Shown: positions 6,703-15,330, numbered from the stretch's first letter. The stretch: DNA of 20,000 nt from an uncultured virus (IMG/VR IMGVR_UViG_3300035337_000237) (IMGVR_UViG_3300035337_000237), one strand, 5' to 3'. Notes: generated by a model from the letters alone, not told the origin. Numbers and translations are program-made.

Positions 6703-9060
6703 ATGGATGAAATAAAATCAGAGTTTCAGGAATCAAAACGTAATTCAGAAGTAATGGTGTCATTCGGCGCGCGCCTTTATAACCAGTTCACCGCCAATGA
6801 AGGGTTCCGGTACGCCAAGGAGCAACAGTGGCTGGAAGACCTTCGCGCATACAAAGGATTGTATGACCCGGATGTAAAAATATCAGCGGATGCTTCTAAG
6901 GTCTATCCGAAGTTGACCCGTTCCAAGGTCAATATCGTTCTTTCCCGGCTCCATGAAATGCTGTTCCCGGAGAATGACAAGAATTTTGAAATCAAGCCGA
7001 CTCCGGAACCCAAAATATTTCCGGAAATAGTAGAGGAAATAATTCAAGGTTTACTTCAACAGAAAATGATGGAAATACAAATAGCGATGCAACAGAATCA
7101 GCCCGGTTCTATGCCCGGTTCTATGCCTGGTTCTATGCTTGGCCAACAACCGGAAATCCAGCCTCTGTCTATCGAGGATGTCCGGATGGCCATAAAAGCT
7201 TTTTCCGATGCCACCTGCGAATCTATGTCCAAAGTAATCGATGACCAACTTCTTGAAATGGATTACCCTGAAGAAACTAAAAAAGTATTAAAATCAGGAT
7301 TATTGTATGGAACCGGTATTATGAAAGGTCCTATGATTAATAAACATACCCGGCATAAATGGGAACCAAATCCTGACGGTGATTATCAGGAAGCCAGAGA
7401 AACAGAGGATGTTCCTTATTTTGAAGCCATTCGTATCTGGGACTGGTATCCTGATATGACGGTTACTGAAATGTCCATGATAGAGGGAAGTTTTGAACGT
7501 CATATCATGTCCAAACATGATATTCGTGAACTCATTGACCGTGAAGATTATTACGGTGACATTATAACAAAATTCCTTACCGAACATCCAAATGGCAACT
7601 ACACTGCAAAGAATTGGGAAATTCAACTTCAAACCATAGAAATGGAAGCCGGAGCCAAAAGTACTGCTACAACAACCGCTTATACTGCAACCGGCGAAAC
7701 CAGCAGGGCGACCAACCGTCAAATTGGCAAAAAATATGAAGTTCTTGAATTTTGGGGATATATTGACGGTTCTGATCTTGAGGCATGTGGAGTCAATATA
7801 TCAGACCCGACTCTGGAATATGCGGCAAATGTCTGGATAATAGGGAAAACAATTATCAAGGCTACTCTTTTTGAAGGCGCTCTCAATCGCTATAAACTGT
7901 TCTATTACGAAAAGGATGAAACAAGTTTGTACGGTGAAGGTCTTGCTCGTGTCATGCGTCATAGCCAGATTGCCGTTGCGTCTGCGGCCCGTATGGTTCT
8001 TGATAATGCCGCTGTAATCAGTGGACCTCAAGTAGAAATTAATTGGTCACTACTCACTCCCGGACAAGATATGTCATCCTTCCATTCTCGTAAAATATGG
8101 TATCGTGAAGGCCGTGGAATTGAAGCCCAATACCCGGCTATCCGCAATCTGAGTTTTGAATCCCACATTGATGAACTTATTGGAGTTTCCAAATTCTTCA
8201 TGGAATTTGCCGATATCGAAACCACACTCCCTACCTGGCTGGCCGGTCAAATGGTCAATAATGAAACTGCGCAGGCTGCTTCCGGCAGAATGGCAACCAT
8301 AACCATAAGTATTAAAGACATTGTAAAGAACTTCGACATGTTTACAGAACATATTATCCAGGATCTCTACGCCTGGAACATGGAATTTAATCCCAGACCT
8401 GATATAAAAGGTGATTATAGTGTAAAAGCCCGTGGGGTGTCTTCCCTTATTATGAAAGAAATCCGTATGCAGGCCATAAATCAGTTCATGTCTACCCTTA
8501 CCCCTGAAGATTTGGTCTACATTCCCCGCCGTGAACTTCTGAACGAACGTCTGAAAGTCCATGATATCAATATCAATCTTAAAACAGAGGAAGAGGCCGA
8601 TAAGATCCGCGAACAACAGTCCAATTCTGAGATGGCCGTATTGGAAAAAGAAATGTTGAAGTCTGAAATAGCCAAAAACAAGGCTCAGGCCATGAGTAAT
8701 TTAACTAAGGCAAAACAAAAAAATGTAGAGGCCAACAAAGAGGCGGAAACTCCACCCGAAATTTCTGAAAATGAGTCACCGGAAATGAAAGCGGCCAGAT
8801 TAGAACAGGAACAGGCCAAAACTGATGATCAGAGAACTAAAACCGTCTTGATGGTTGACAAACACCAAGCAGAAAAGGCAAAATCGGATCATGAAATGGG
8901 TCTGTCTACCGCCCAAACAGCCATTGAGGAACGCCGGAAGGAAGAAAAACACCAGACTGAGTTGGAGATTAAGAAAGAGACAGCAAGACATGGTATGAAA
9001 ATGAAGGAAAAGGCGGTTAATAAACCGAAAACCGGACTAGTTAAAGGGGGAGGGAAGTAA
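6703..9060 (+). CDS. Portal protein (785 aa) with a long coiled-coil C-terminus
   Basis: Position after TerL and size; motifs GLLYGTGIMKGP, WDWYPD, EVLEFWG, SLYGEGLAR..RHSQ, RMVLDN; helical tail as in P22-like podovirus portals. Confidence 0.85.
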   Translation: MDEIKSEFQESKRNSEVMVSFGARLYNQFTANEGFRYAKEQQWLEDLRAYKGLYDPDVKISADASKVYPKLTRSKVNIVLSRLHEMLFPENDKNFEIKPTPEPKIFPEIVEEIIQGLLQQKMMEIQIAMQQNQPGSMPGSMPGSMLGQQPEIQPLSIEDVRMAIKAFSDATCESMSKVIDDQLLEMDYPEETKKVLKSGLLYGTGIMKGPMINKHTRHKWEPNPDGDYQEARETEDVPYFEAIRIWDWYPDMTVTEMSMIEGSFERHIMSKHDIRELIDREDYYGDIITKFLTEHPNGNYTAKNWEIQLQTIEMEAGAKSTATTTAYTATGETSRATNRQIGKKYEVLEFWGYIDGSDLEACGVNISDPTLEYAANVWIIGKTIIKATLFEGALNRYKLFYYEKDETSLYGEGLARVMRHSQIAVASAARMVLDNAAVISGPQVEINWSLLTPGQDMSSFHSRKIWYREGRGIEAQYPAIRNLSFESHIDELIGVSKFFMEFADIETTLPTWLAGQMVNNETAQAASGRMATITISIKDIVKNFDMFTEHIIQDLYAWNMEFNPRPDIKGDYSVKARGVSSLIMKEIRMQAINQFMSTLTPEDLVYIPRRELLNERLKVHDININLKTEEEADKIREQQSNSEMAVLEKEMLKSEIAKNKAQAMSNLTKAKQKNVEANKEAETPPEISENESPEMKAARLEQEQAKTDDQRTKTVLMVDKHQAEKAKSDHEMGLSTAQTAIEERRKEEKHQTELEIKKETARHGMKMKEKAVNKPKTGLVKGGGK
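7102..7137 (+). repeat. 12-nt tandem repeat x3 in the portal gene (PGSM x3)
   Basis: CCCGGTTCTATG CCCGGTTCTATG CCTGGTTCTATG. Confidence 0.9.
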
Positions 9061-9290
9061 TGCAGGAGAAAATGCGTAAAAAAGGCGAGTTAGTTTCAGC
9101 AGTCAACGGGTTCAACCATACCCCTCCAATGGATGCGGTTATTGCCCTGTTGGATTTATACATTGAATTAACCAGAATTCAAAACGATGTCGCTCAAGAA
9201 TCTGAACTTAAACACAACCAGGGGAAAATTGCGGCATTCAGGGAATTAAAAGATGTCATCACGCGAGGCAACCCGCAAAGACCTGTGTGA
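9060..9290 (+). CDS. Small hypothetical protein between portal and scaffold (76 aa)
   Basis: TAATG stop/start overlap with the portal gene and SD GGGGAGG; helical sequence ending QGKIAAFRELKD. Confidence 0.75.
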   Translation: MQEKMRKKGELVSAVNGFNHTPPMDAVIALLDLYIELTRIQNDVAQESELKHNQGKIAAFRELKDVITRGNPQRPV

Positions 9291-9317
9291 AAAATTATTG
9301 ACAACGGAATTAATTTT

Positions 9318-9530
9318 ATGATATATGGTAATCGGAAACATTGTGAAAAAGATTTGAAGCGTGATTTAACAACTTTTAATCATCAACCAGAAGAAGGAAA
9401 AGAAGGAAAAGAAGGAAAAGAAGGAAAAGATAATGATGAAGTAAAGATGTCAAAACAGGAAGCTATTGAACTCTGTAAACTGTTGGAGGGAGCGAAAAGA
9501 ATTATGCAGGGCAAGATAGCGAAAGCTTAA
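9318..9530 (+). CDS. Possible short ORF with an EGK repeat (true start may be ATG 9447, giving 27 aa)
   Basis: Open frame containing AGAAGGAAA x4 (9392-9427); no clear SD for ATG 9318. Confidence 0.35.
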   Translation: MIYGNRKHCEKDLKRDLTTFNHQPEEGKEGKEGKEGKDNDEVKMSKQEAIELCKLLEGAKRIMQGKIAKA

Positions 9531-9552
9531 ATCTCAATTAATAAACGAGACT

Positions 9553-9600
9553 AAAGGTCAACATTCAGGAATTAAATTTCCTTTCTGTTGACCTTTTTTT
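9553..9600 (+). terminator. Terminator-like hairpin upstream of the scaffold gene
   Basis: AAAGGTCAACA...AGGAA...TTCCT...TGTTGACCTTT followed by a T run. Confidence 0.6.
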
Positions 9601-9622
9601 ATTAAAAATGAGGGGAAAAATT

Positions 9623-10639
9623 ATGAAAGAAAAACCGGATGAAAACACTGCCGCAGAAATTCTGTCACAACAGAATGAAGTATTTAATGAAGCATTTAAT
9701 GAAGCAGAAGTAAAAAGTGAAGATGGGGTCCCTGCTTCCGGTCTGCCCGATCCCGGTGATTTAAGTAAAACCAAACCGGAACCATTTCATGCAAAAGGTG
9801 ATGAACCATCTCCCGTTGATGATAAAAAATCCGGTACACCCGCTGAACCGCCTCCTTTGGAAGATTACGAACAAAAATGGAAAAGTCTCAACGGGATAAT
9901 CAAGTCTAAAGAACAGCAGTTTCAAACCCGCGAATCAGAACTTTTAACAGAGATAGAGAAGTTAAAGACTCCACCGCCTTCTCTTCCTGTTGATGATAAA
10001 AATAAAAAAGTGGAAACCGGACTGGATGTCGAAACTCTTTTAAAAAATCTTAATCTTAACGATGAAGAAAAGGCCATGTTAAAAGAGTATGATGAAGAAT
10101 TCGGATTAGTTTCCAGAGTGGAAAGTTTAAGACTCGGTAAAGCAATCGAATCAATTTACGGTATACTGAACGAAGGATTCCAGAAACAACTCAAAGAAGT
10201 AAAAAATGAATTCCAGAGTCAGTTGAAACCGACCGCAGAGTTTGTCGAAAAGACAACCAGGGAACGGGAAGAGGATGCAGTCAGCAACCACTTCAATACA
10301 ATCGAAACGGCTTATCCTGATTATAAGACCTACCATGAAAATGGTAAAATCATCGAATGGATTCAAAGTAAACCGGCATATCTCCAAAAGGGAATGCTGG
10401 AAGTTTGCCAGTCGGGAGCAGCCGGGGAAGTTATTTCTCTTTTGGACGACTTCTATAAAGAAAGTAATATCCCGGTAACCAGTAATCCGCCTCAGAATAA
10501 TGTTGTGGGAATGGACAGGGCCAAAAAAGACCGGAAGGCCGCCTTGACTCCTCCGCAAAGTAAACGCGGCGCAATAAATCCAAACCTTAAACCATCTGAT
10601 GATTTCGATGGAGCGTTTGATGAGGCGATAAGTAAATAA
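9623..10639 (+). CDS. Putative capsid scaffolding protein (about 338 aa)
   Basis: Acidic, Pro-rich N-terminus and coiled coil, ends DDFDGAFDEAISK, directly before the capsid gene. SD GAGGGG favours ATG 9623 over 9608. Confidence 0.75.
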   Translation: MKEKPDENTAAEILSQQNEVFNEAFNEAEVKSEDGVPASGLPDPGDLSKTKPEPFHAKGDEPSPVDDKKSGTPAEPPPLEDYEQKWKSLNGIIKSKEQQFQTRESELLTEIEKLKTPPPSLPVDDKNKKVETGLDVETLLKNLNLNDEEKAMLKEYDEEFGLVSRVESLRLGKAIESIYGILNEGFQKQLKEVKNEFQSQLKPTAEFVEKTTREREEDAVSNHFNTIETAYPDYKTYHENGKIIEWIQSKPAYLQKGMLEVCQSGAAGEVISLLDDFYKESNIPVTSNPPQNNVVGMDRAKKDRKAALTPPQSKRGAINPNLKPSDDFDGAFDEAISK

Positions 10640-10651
10640 GGAGAAAATTAA

Positions 10652-10756
10652 ATGAATTTAACTACTTACGGAAATATAACTCCTAGAACTGCCGCCTTTG
10701 TTGCGGTGGATTTGTTAAAAAGAGCCATGCCGTATCTGGTGCTGGAAAAATTCGGT
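10652..10756 (+). CDS. Major capsid protein exon 1 (N4-gp56-like family)
   Basis: SD AAGGAG; encodes MNLTTYGNITPRTAAFVAVDLLKRAMPYLVLEKFG, which joins exon 2 in frame as LEKFG|QAKSLP. Not in the ORF track. Confidence 0.88.
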
Positions 10757-11704
10757 GGACGATAGTTTGGCCGAATAAAAAGTCCTTAAAGTCGGGGAAC
10801 ATCCTATAATAGGACAATCCCGAGCCAATCCGTAATGGAAGGTGTAACGACTATGAACGACGATGAATTTAGAGGAGCAGTAATAGGAATGATTTTAGGA
10901 GATGGAAGTTTATCGCATTGTGCTACAGGGAATACTAACTCGCATATAGATTATGCTCATTGCATGAAACAAAAAGAGTATGCTCTATGGAAGGCTGATA
11001 TACTTAAAAATCTCACCACCGTTACGATCAAAGATGGAATTAGTAAATGCAAAGGGAAAGAATATTCAAAAGTGAGAGTTTTAACAAAGGCTCATCCTGT
11101 TTACACTCATTTATGGAAACGATTTTATCATCAAGGAAGAAAAACGATAGATTCTTTTTTGATGGAACAACTCACTCCTTTGGGTTTGGCAATCTGGTAT
11201 CAAGACGATGGACATCTTAAAAATCATGAAGATTATTTAACTCCGATGTTGGAAACAAATTGTTTTAATGTGGCAGAGCATTTAATAATGACAAAAGTTC
11301 TTGCCGATAAATTCCATCTTGAATTTCGCTCGAATCATCTTAATGCAAAATATTTAATGTTGAGACTTCGCCGAAAAGACAGGGAAAAATTCTTTGATAT
11401 TATACGAGAATTTATTCATCCTACAATGGAATATAAAATTAAGGATGATGGAAAAACATTAAGAGAATTTGGCGATCCGATGGAATGCAAATGCGAAATA
11501 TGCGGAGAGAAAATTATTAAAGCATTTACCTTGCGTAATGATGATCGCCGTGGAAGATTTTGTCGCAAATGTTATAATTCTCATCGTTCAATAATTGGGA
11601 CGACTCGCAATCAATATAGTGAGTCAAAAGATAGTCTGGACCCAGTAGTAATACCGGGAGTTTGTTAGAAATAATAAACCAAGGGAAACCTTGTAACAAT
11701 GATG
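10757..11704 (+). mobile_element. Group I self-splicing intron (948 nt) in the major capsid gene
   Basis: Exon ends in U and intron ends in G. P1 AUUCGGU/GCCGAAU with a U-G pair at the splice site; P10 UAGUUUG/CAAGCUA; P/Q-like GUCGGGGAAC/AAUCCCGAGC; P7 GACUA (10849-53)/UAGUC (11632-36); P8 GACUCGC/GUGAGUC; GNRA-capped P9 hairpins. Confidence 0.9.
10853..11668 (+). CDS. Intron-encoded two-motif LAGLIDADG homing endonuclease with a C-terminal Cys4 module (alternative start 10835)
   Basis: AVIGMILGDGSL and PLGLAIWYQDDG motifs; CEIC...CRKC; SD-like GAAGGTG before ATG 10853. Confidence 0.88.
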   Translation: MNDDEFRGAVIGMILGDGSLSHCATGNTNSHIDYAHCMKQKEYALWKADILKNLTTVTIKDGISKCKGKEYSKVRVLTKAHPVYTHLWKRFYHQGRKTIDSFLMEQLTPLGLAIWYQDDGHLKNHEDYLTPMLETNCFNVAEHLIMTKVLADKFHLEFRSNHLNAKYLMLRLRRKDREKFFDIIREFIHPTMEYKIKDDGKTLREFGDPMECKCEICGEKIIKAFTLRNDDRRGRFCRKCYNSHRSIIGTTRNQYSESKDSLDPVVIPGVC

Positions 11705-12583
11705 CAAGCTAAAAGTTTACCTGCAAACAAAACGCAGTCTATGAAGTTCAGGCGTTATAACAGTCTGGGACTTCGCACAACGGCATTGACTGAAGGCGTA
11801 ACTCCTGTGGCTGATAAAATGACCGCAACAGATATAACGGCAACCTTAAGTCAGTACGGCGGCTTAATCGGTATTACTGATGTTGTTCAGGATACCCATG
11901 AAGACCCGGTTATGCAGGAAGGAATTGCCGTTATCGGTGAACAGGCGGCCAAGACAGTTGAAACATTACGTTATAATGTGCTCAAGGCGTGCAGCAACGT
12001 TTTCTATGCGAATTCAGTTGCCTCCCGTGATTTAGTCGCAGCGGCCATTTCCCGTGCCGACCAGCGTCGGATTGTCCGCGCACTGGAACGTCAGGAAGCC
12101 GGATTTGTAACCAATATTGTCAAATCCACTCCGTCGTTCAATACCGAATCCATCCTCCCGGCTTATGCCGGTGTAACCCATGTCGACCTTACATCCGATA
12201 TACGCGGACTTACGGGATTCACTTCTGTAGCGGATTACGGAAAAGTCTCTCCATGGGAAACAGAAATTGGTTCCTGTGAAGATGTCCGCTATCTGAAATC
12301 CACAATCTTTACTCCCTATAATGGCGTGGGCGCGACAACTTCAACCATGATAGCGACCGGCGGTAACTGTGATGTTTACCCGGTAATGTATTTCGGCAAA
12401 GACGCTTACGGGTTTATCGCTCTCAAAGGCAAGTATGCGATTACTCCCATGGTGGTCAACCCGAATCCGAGTATTGCTGATCCATTAGCGCAAAGAGGTT
12501 CAATTTCCTGGAAAACCATGCAAACAACGGTTATTTTAAATGACGCCTGGATGGCGGTTGCCGAGGTTGCATGTACGAATTAA
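11705..12583 (+). CDS. Major capsid protein exon 2 (spliced protein 327 aa)
   Basis: MKFRRY, LTEGVTP, LSQYG, EIGSCEDVRY, DVYP, DPLAQRGSISWK and ILNDAWM are motifs typical of N4-gp56-like capsid proteins. Confidence 0.9.
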   Translation, partial: QAKSLPANKTQSMKFRRYNSLGLRTTALTEGVTPVADKMTATDITATLSQYGGLIGITDVVQDTHEDPVMQEGIAVIGEQAAKTVETLRYNVLKACSNVFYANSVASRDLVAAAISRADQRRIVRALERQEAGFVTNIVKSTPSFNTESILPAYAGVTHVDLTSDIRGLTGFTSVADYGKVSPWETEIGSCEDVRYLKSTIFTPYNGVGATTSTMIATGGNCDVYPVMYFGKDAYGFIALKGKYAITPMVVNPNPSIADPLAQRGSISWKTMQTTVILNDAWMAVAEVACTN

Positions 12584-12603
12584 AGTAAGTTATTGATATA
12601 TAA

Positions 12604-12767
12604 GGTCTTTTCGTATATACTGAAATAAAAAAAGGTGCAACGAAAGGGTCGAAAATGGCAACGTTACAGCCTTAAGTGAGAGTTGGCTTGAGACTGTATA
12701 GGCCAACCGTGCTGAACATCCCGGCGGGTACGGTAACTGAATTGAAGACCGGGACAACTCAACTCAC
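12604..12767 (+). ncRNA. Candidate structured RNA element in the capsid-to-next-gene spacer
   Basis: Several complementary segments, including a possible H-type pseudoknot at 12665-12707. Family not recognised. Confidence 0.35.
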
Positions 12768-12786
12768 AATTTAAAGGAGTAATATT

Positions 12787-13401
12787 ATGGCTTACGCAAA
12801 ATTTGACGATCCTAAAATCAGCGCCGAGAATGCCAAACGAAAAGCGCCGCAGGCTTTCTATGATGATACTATTCGCCGGACTATTCAGGGTATTGTAAAT
12901 AGAGTAGTTGCCGGAACAGGTGGTACGGCGGGTACGGCGGGTGCGGGTGTGGCTGCCGGGACTGCCGCAACTGGAGTGTATACCGGCAATCCCGTGTTAG
13001 CTTCCATCAATGGTTCAATCTACACCATCGTTGCTACCAGTAACATCAATCTCGGCACCGGCGCTTATTCCGGAAGCAATATTCAAACCGGTATGGGTTC
13101 GATGGGAACCAACTGCTGTTGCAGGTTCCTTGTTTATGGCGGGACGGATGGCACTGCCCGGGTATGCGGCCCGGGTAATATTGTCAGTAAAAACGATTAC
13201 GCAACTCCGGCGCTGGCCGCTGCGGAATGTAAACTTCCCGACCTTCCCGATAACTGTGTGGCTCTGGCTTCCATGTTATTGCAGGGTCCGGCAGCTGTCG
13301 GGGTAAACTTCAGTGTTGGCGGGGCCGGTACAATGGGCACATGCACTTTCACTCAATTGGTACATATGCCGTATCAGGAACCGTTTGTGGCGGAATCGTA
13401 A
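12787..13401 (+). CDS. Putative capsid decoration or minor virion protein (204 aa)
   Basis: Strong SD AAGGAG; Gly/Ala/Thr-rich; directly after the capsid gene. Confidence 0.6.
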   Translation: MAYAKFDDPKISAENAKRKAPQAFYDDTIRRTIQGIVNRVVAGTGGTAGTAGAGVAAGTAATGVYTGNPVLASINGSIYTIVATSNINLGTGAYSGSNIQTGMGSMGTNCCCRFLVYGGTDGTARVCGPGNIVSKNDYATPALAAAECKLPDLPDNCVALASMLLQGPAAVGVNFSVGGAGTMGTCTFTQLVHMPYQEPFVAES

Positions 13402-13423
13402 AAAATTAATCAATTAACCAACA

Positions 13424-13445
13424 GGAGGAGGGGCAACTCTCCTCC
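13424..13445 (+). other. Stable intergenic hairpin with a GCAA tetraloop
   Basis: GGAGGAGGG-GCAA-CTCTCCTCC with no U tract, so a pause, processing or stability element is possible. Confidence 0.55.
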
Positions 13446-13474
13446 ATAACCAATAAAAATGAGGGGCGACTATT

Positions 13475-13864
13475 ATGGCTTTTACAAGAGAAGAAAAAAC
13501 AGAAGAATTAACTGCGGCTAGAAAACTGGAGTTGGATATGAAGAAAAATCCGGAAAAGTATTTTACCGGCCCGGGCAGCCATATCCGCGACCGTATTATC
13601 ATTAACCAGACTCCCGACATTCCGTCAGAGGGTGTTTTTATTTCCCTTAACGGATTTGCTTATTTAGCCAAACCGGGAGTCGAAATAGATATCCCGAGAC
13701 CTGTTCGTACCATGCTGGATACAAGAATAAAAACGGACACTATCCAGATTCAGAATCCGGATGGAAATTATAAGTCTCAGGGAAGAGATATGCCCAGAAT
13801 TACTTATATACTAATCAAAGAAGATGTCGGCAGGGAAGAAGTTCCGGCAACGGAGCAAACATGA
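13475..13864 (+). CDS. Hypothetical phage protein (129 aa)
   Basis: SD GAGGGG; contains VFISLNGFAYLAKPGVEIDIPRPV; ATGA overlap with the next gene. Confidence 0.75.
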   Translation: MAFTREEKTEELTAARKLELDMKKNPEKYFTGPGSHIRDRIIINQTPDIPSEGVFISLNGFAYLAKPGVEIDIPRPVRTMLDTRIKTDTIQIQNPDGNYKSQGRDMPRITYILIKEDVGREEVPATEQT

Positions 13865-14604
13865 CAGGAAGAGAATTGATTGCCCATATGCGGGAAAGCG
13901 TGCTGGATGATGTGTCCATACCCTATTTATGGCCGGATACGGAACTCCTTCGTTTTCTCAATTATGGTGAAGTTCAGGCATGCCGCCGGGCGCATCTGAT
14001 CATTGATGCAACCACGTCTGATGATTCGGGAACAGCCGCAACCGCTTCAACAGCTGGGCAGAAATCTCTGTGTGTTCTTCCTGTTATAGCTGATCAGGGG
14101 GTATATCAACTCAGTCCCAAAATCCTGCAAGTCAAACGATGTCAGTTAAAATCTATGACCTGGCCTCTTCGCGGCCCTCTTCATTATCCTCAGGTTGATG
14201 AAGAATTCAACGCCTGGTGGGGAACCAGCGGAACGGTGGGCACATGCGGTAGTGGCGGGTATCCTGACGCATTTCTCAATGAGCCGGGTAATACCATAAC
14301 TTTTCTTTTTGCTCCATCATCTAACGATACCGCTTATCTGGTTGTGTCCCGGCTTCCATTAATTTCCTTTACCATGCAGACCTCTCCGGAAATAGATGAA
14401 AAATACCATATCGATTTGTGTGACTGGGCGGCGAAGTTGGCGTTTTCCAAACCGGATTCCGACACTTTAAATCTTGTCCTGGCCAGACAGTACGAAGACA
14501 GTTTTACAGCAAAATTCGGCCCGCTTCCCGATGCTTATTCCGACCGCATGAGGAAAACATTACCCATGATGGGACGAATGAGGAGTCGGGAATTCGGCAG
14601 TTAG
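13861..14604 (+). CDS. Putative head-tail adaptor protein (247 aa)
   Basis: N-terminal ELIAHMRESVLDD...WPDTELLRFLNYGE and C-terminal PEIDEKYHIDLCDWAAKLAFSK resemble podovirus adaptor proteins; position after the capsid genes. Confidence 0.65.
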   Translation: MTGRELIAHMRESVLDDVSIPYLWPDTELLRFLNYGEVQACRRAHLIIDATTSDDSGTAATASTAGQKSLCVLPVIADQGVYQLSPKILQVKRCQLKSMTWPLRGPLHYPQVDEEFNAWWGTSGTVGTCGSGGYPDAFLNEPGNTITFLFAPSSNDTAYLVVSRLPLISFTMQTSPEIDEKYHIDLCDWAAKLAFSKPDSDTLNLVLARQYEDSFTAKFGPLPDAYSDRMRKTLPMMGRMRSREFGS

Positions 14605-14642
14605 GAATAAAATTAACCCCTCATAAAGGAGGACTTTTCAAA

Positions 14643-14822
14643 ATGGCAATTGTAAAAATTAAAAAACTTATTGAAGATCTTGAAAGTGGATCAACTCAGG
14701 TTCTTTCCAGTATCGGAATGGTGGCCACCACGGCTAACTATGCCGGAACCGCCGGGTATGCAATCTCTGCGGGTTCGGGGACATCGGGTACTTCCGGCAC
14801 CAGTGGAAGTTCAGGCGCATGA
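14643..14822 (+). CDS. 59-aa small protein with a Gly-Thr-Ser tail (missed by the ORF track)
   Basis: SD AAGGAGG; translates as MAIVKIKKLIEDLESGSTQVLSSIGMVATTANYAGTAGYAISAGSGTSGTSGTSGSSGA. Confidence 0.75.
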   Translation: MAIVKIKKLIEDLESGSTQVLSSIGMVATTANYAGTAGYAISAGSGTSGTSGTSGSSGA

Positions 14823-14958
14823 GTATTATAACAATGTGAACCATAAGGGAGGGGGACAACCAACGCTCCTCCCGTTATTAACCCCTCTGGATATTTTTCC
14901 TCTGTTTATCCAGATACAAAAAAGGTGAGCGGCACCTAAACAACGCAAGGAGGATATT

Positions 14959-15330
14959 GTGGCTAAAATAACAACCATATCAGTCTTTAAAAATCAAAAT
15001 TTAAATTCTGGAACATCTTGCGTATCAGATAAAATAGACCTCAGATATATCGCCAATAATGGCAATTTTGCCTTGGCTACCAATATAATGAATGGCACGG
15101 CTGCTACCTGCGGCACCACATCATTCACCTATTCCGGCTGCGCGTTGGAAGATGGAACTTTTATTACTCCATCTAAAGCGGTGGCGATTGGCACATTCGG
15201 AACCGCCGGAAGAGATATTCTTACCTTCGAACCGGAAATAATGCCTTTTATTAAAATAATCGCCAATCAGACCGGGGGAACTGCCGGAGGAAATAACAGC
15301 AAATTCGATGTGGAATTGATTGTCCAGTAG
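14959..15330 (+). CDS. Hypothetical beta-rich virion protein (123 aa)
   Basis: SD AAGGAGG with a GTG start; within the structural module. Confidence 0.7.
   Translation: MAKITTISVFKNQNLNSGTSCVSDKIDLRYIANNGNFALATNIMNGTAATCGTTSFTYSGCALEDGTFITPSKAVAIGTFGTAGRDILTFEPEIMPFIKIIANQTGGTAGGNNSKFDVELIVQ

Noticed and set aside
4227..10558. Other short antisense or alternate-frame ORFs inside terL, portal and scaffold (for example 4688..5086, 5167..5700, 8074..8616)
   Set aside because: They have no recognisable motifs or SD, unlike the nested HNH, and are consistent with chance ORFs.
11699..11704. ATGATG as the start of the major capsid protein
   Set aside because: There is no good SD, the conserved N-terminus is in exon 1, and these bases are the 3' end of the intron.
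12665..12707. Pseudoknot as a frameshift or readthrough signal extending the capsid protein
   Set aside because: It lies about 80 nt past the TAA stop, too far for a recoding stimulator, and no slippery site is evident at the gene end.
14671..14928. 85-aa ORF from the track
   Set aside because: It has a TTG start without an SD and overlaps the better-supported 59-aa ORF at 14643..14822.
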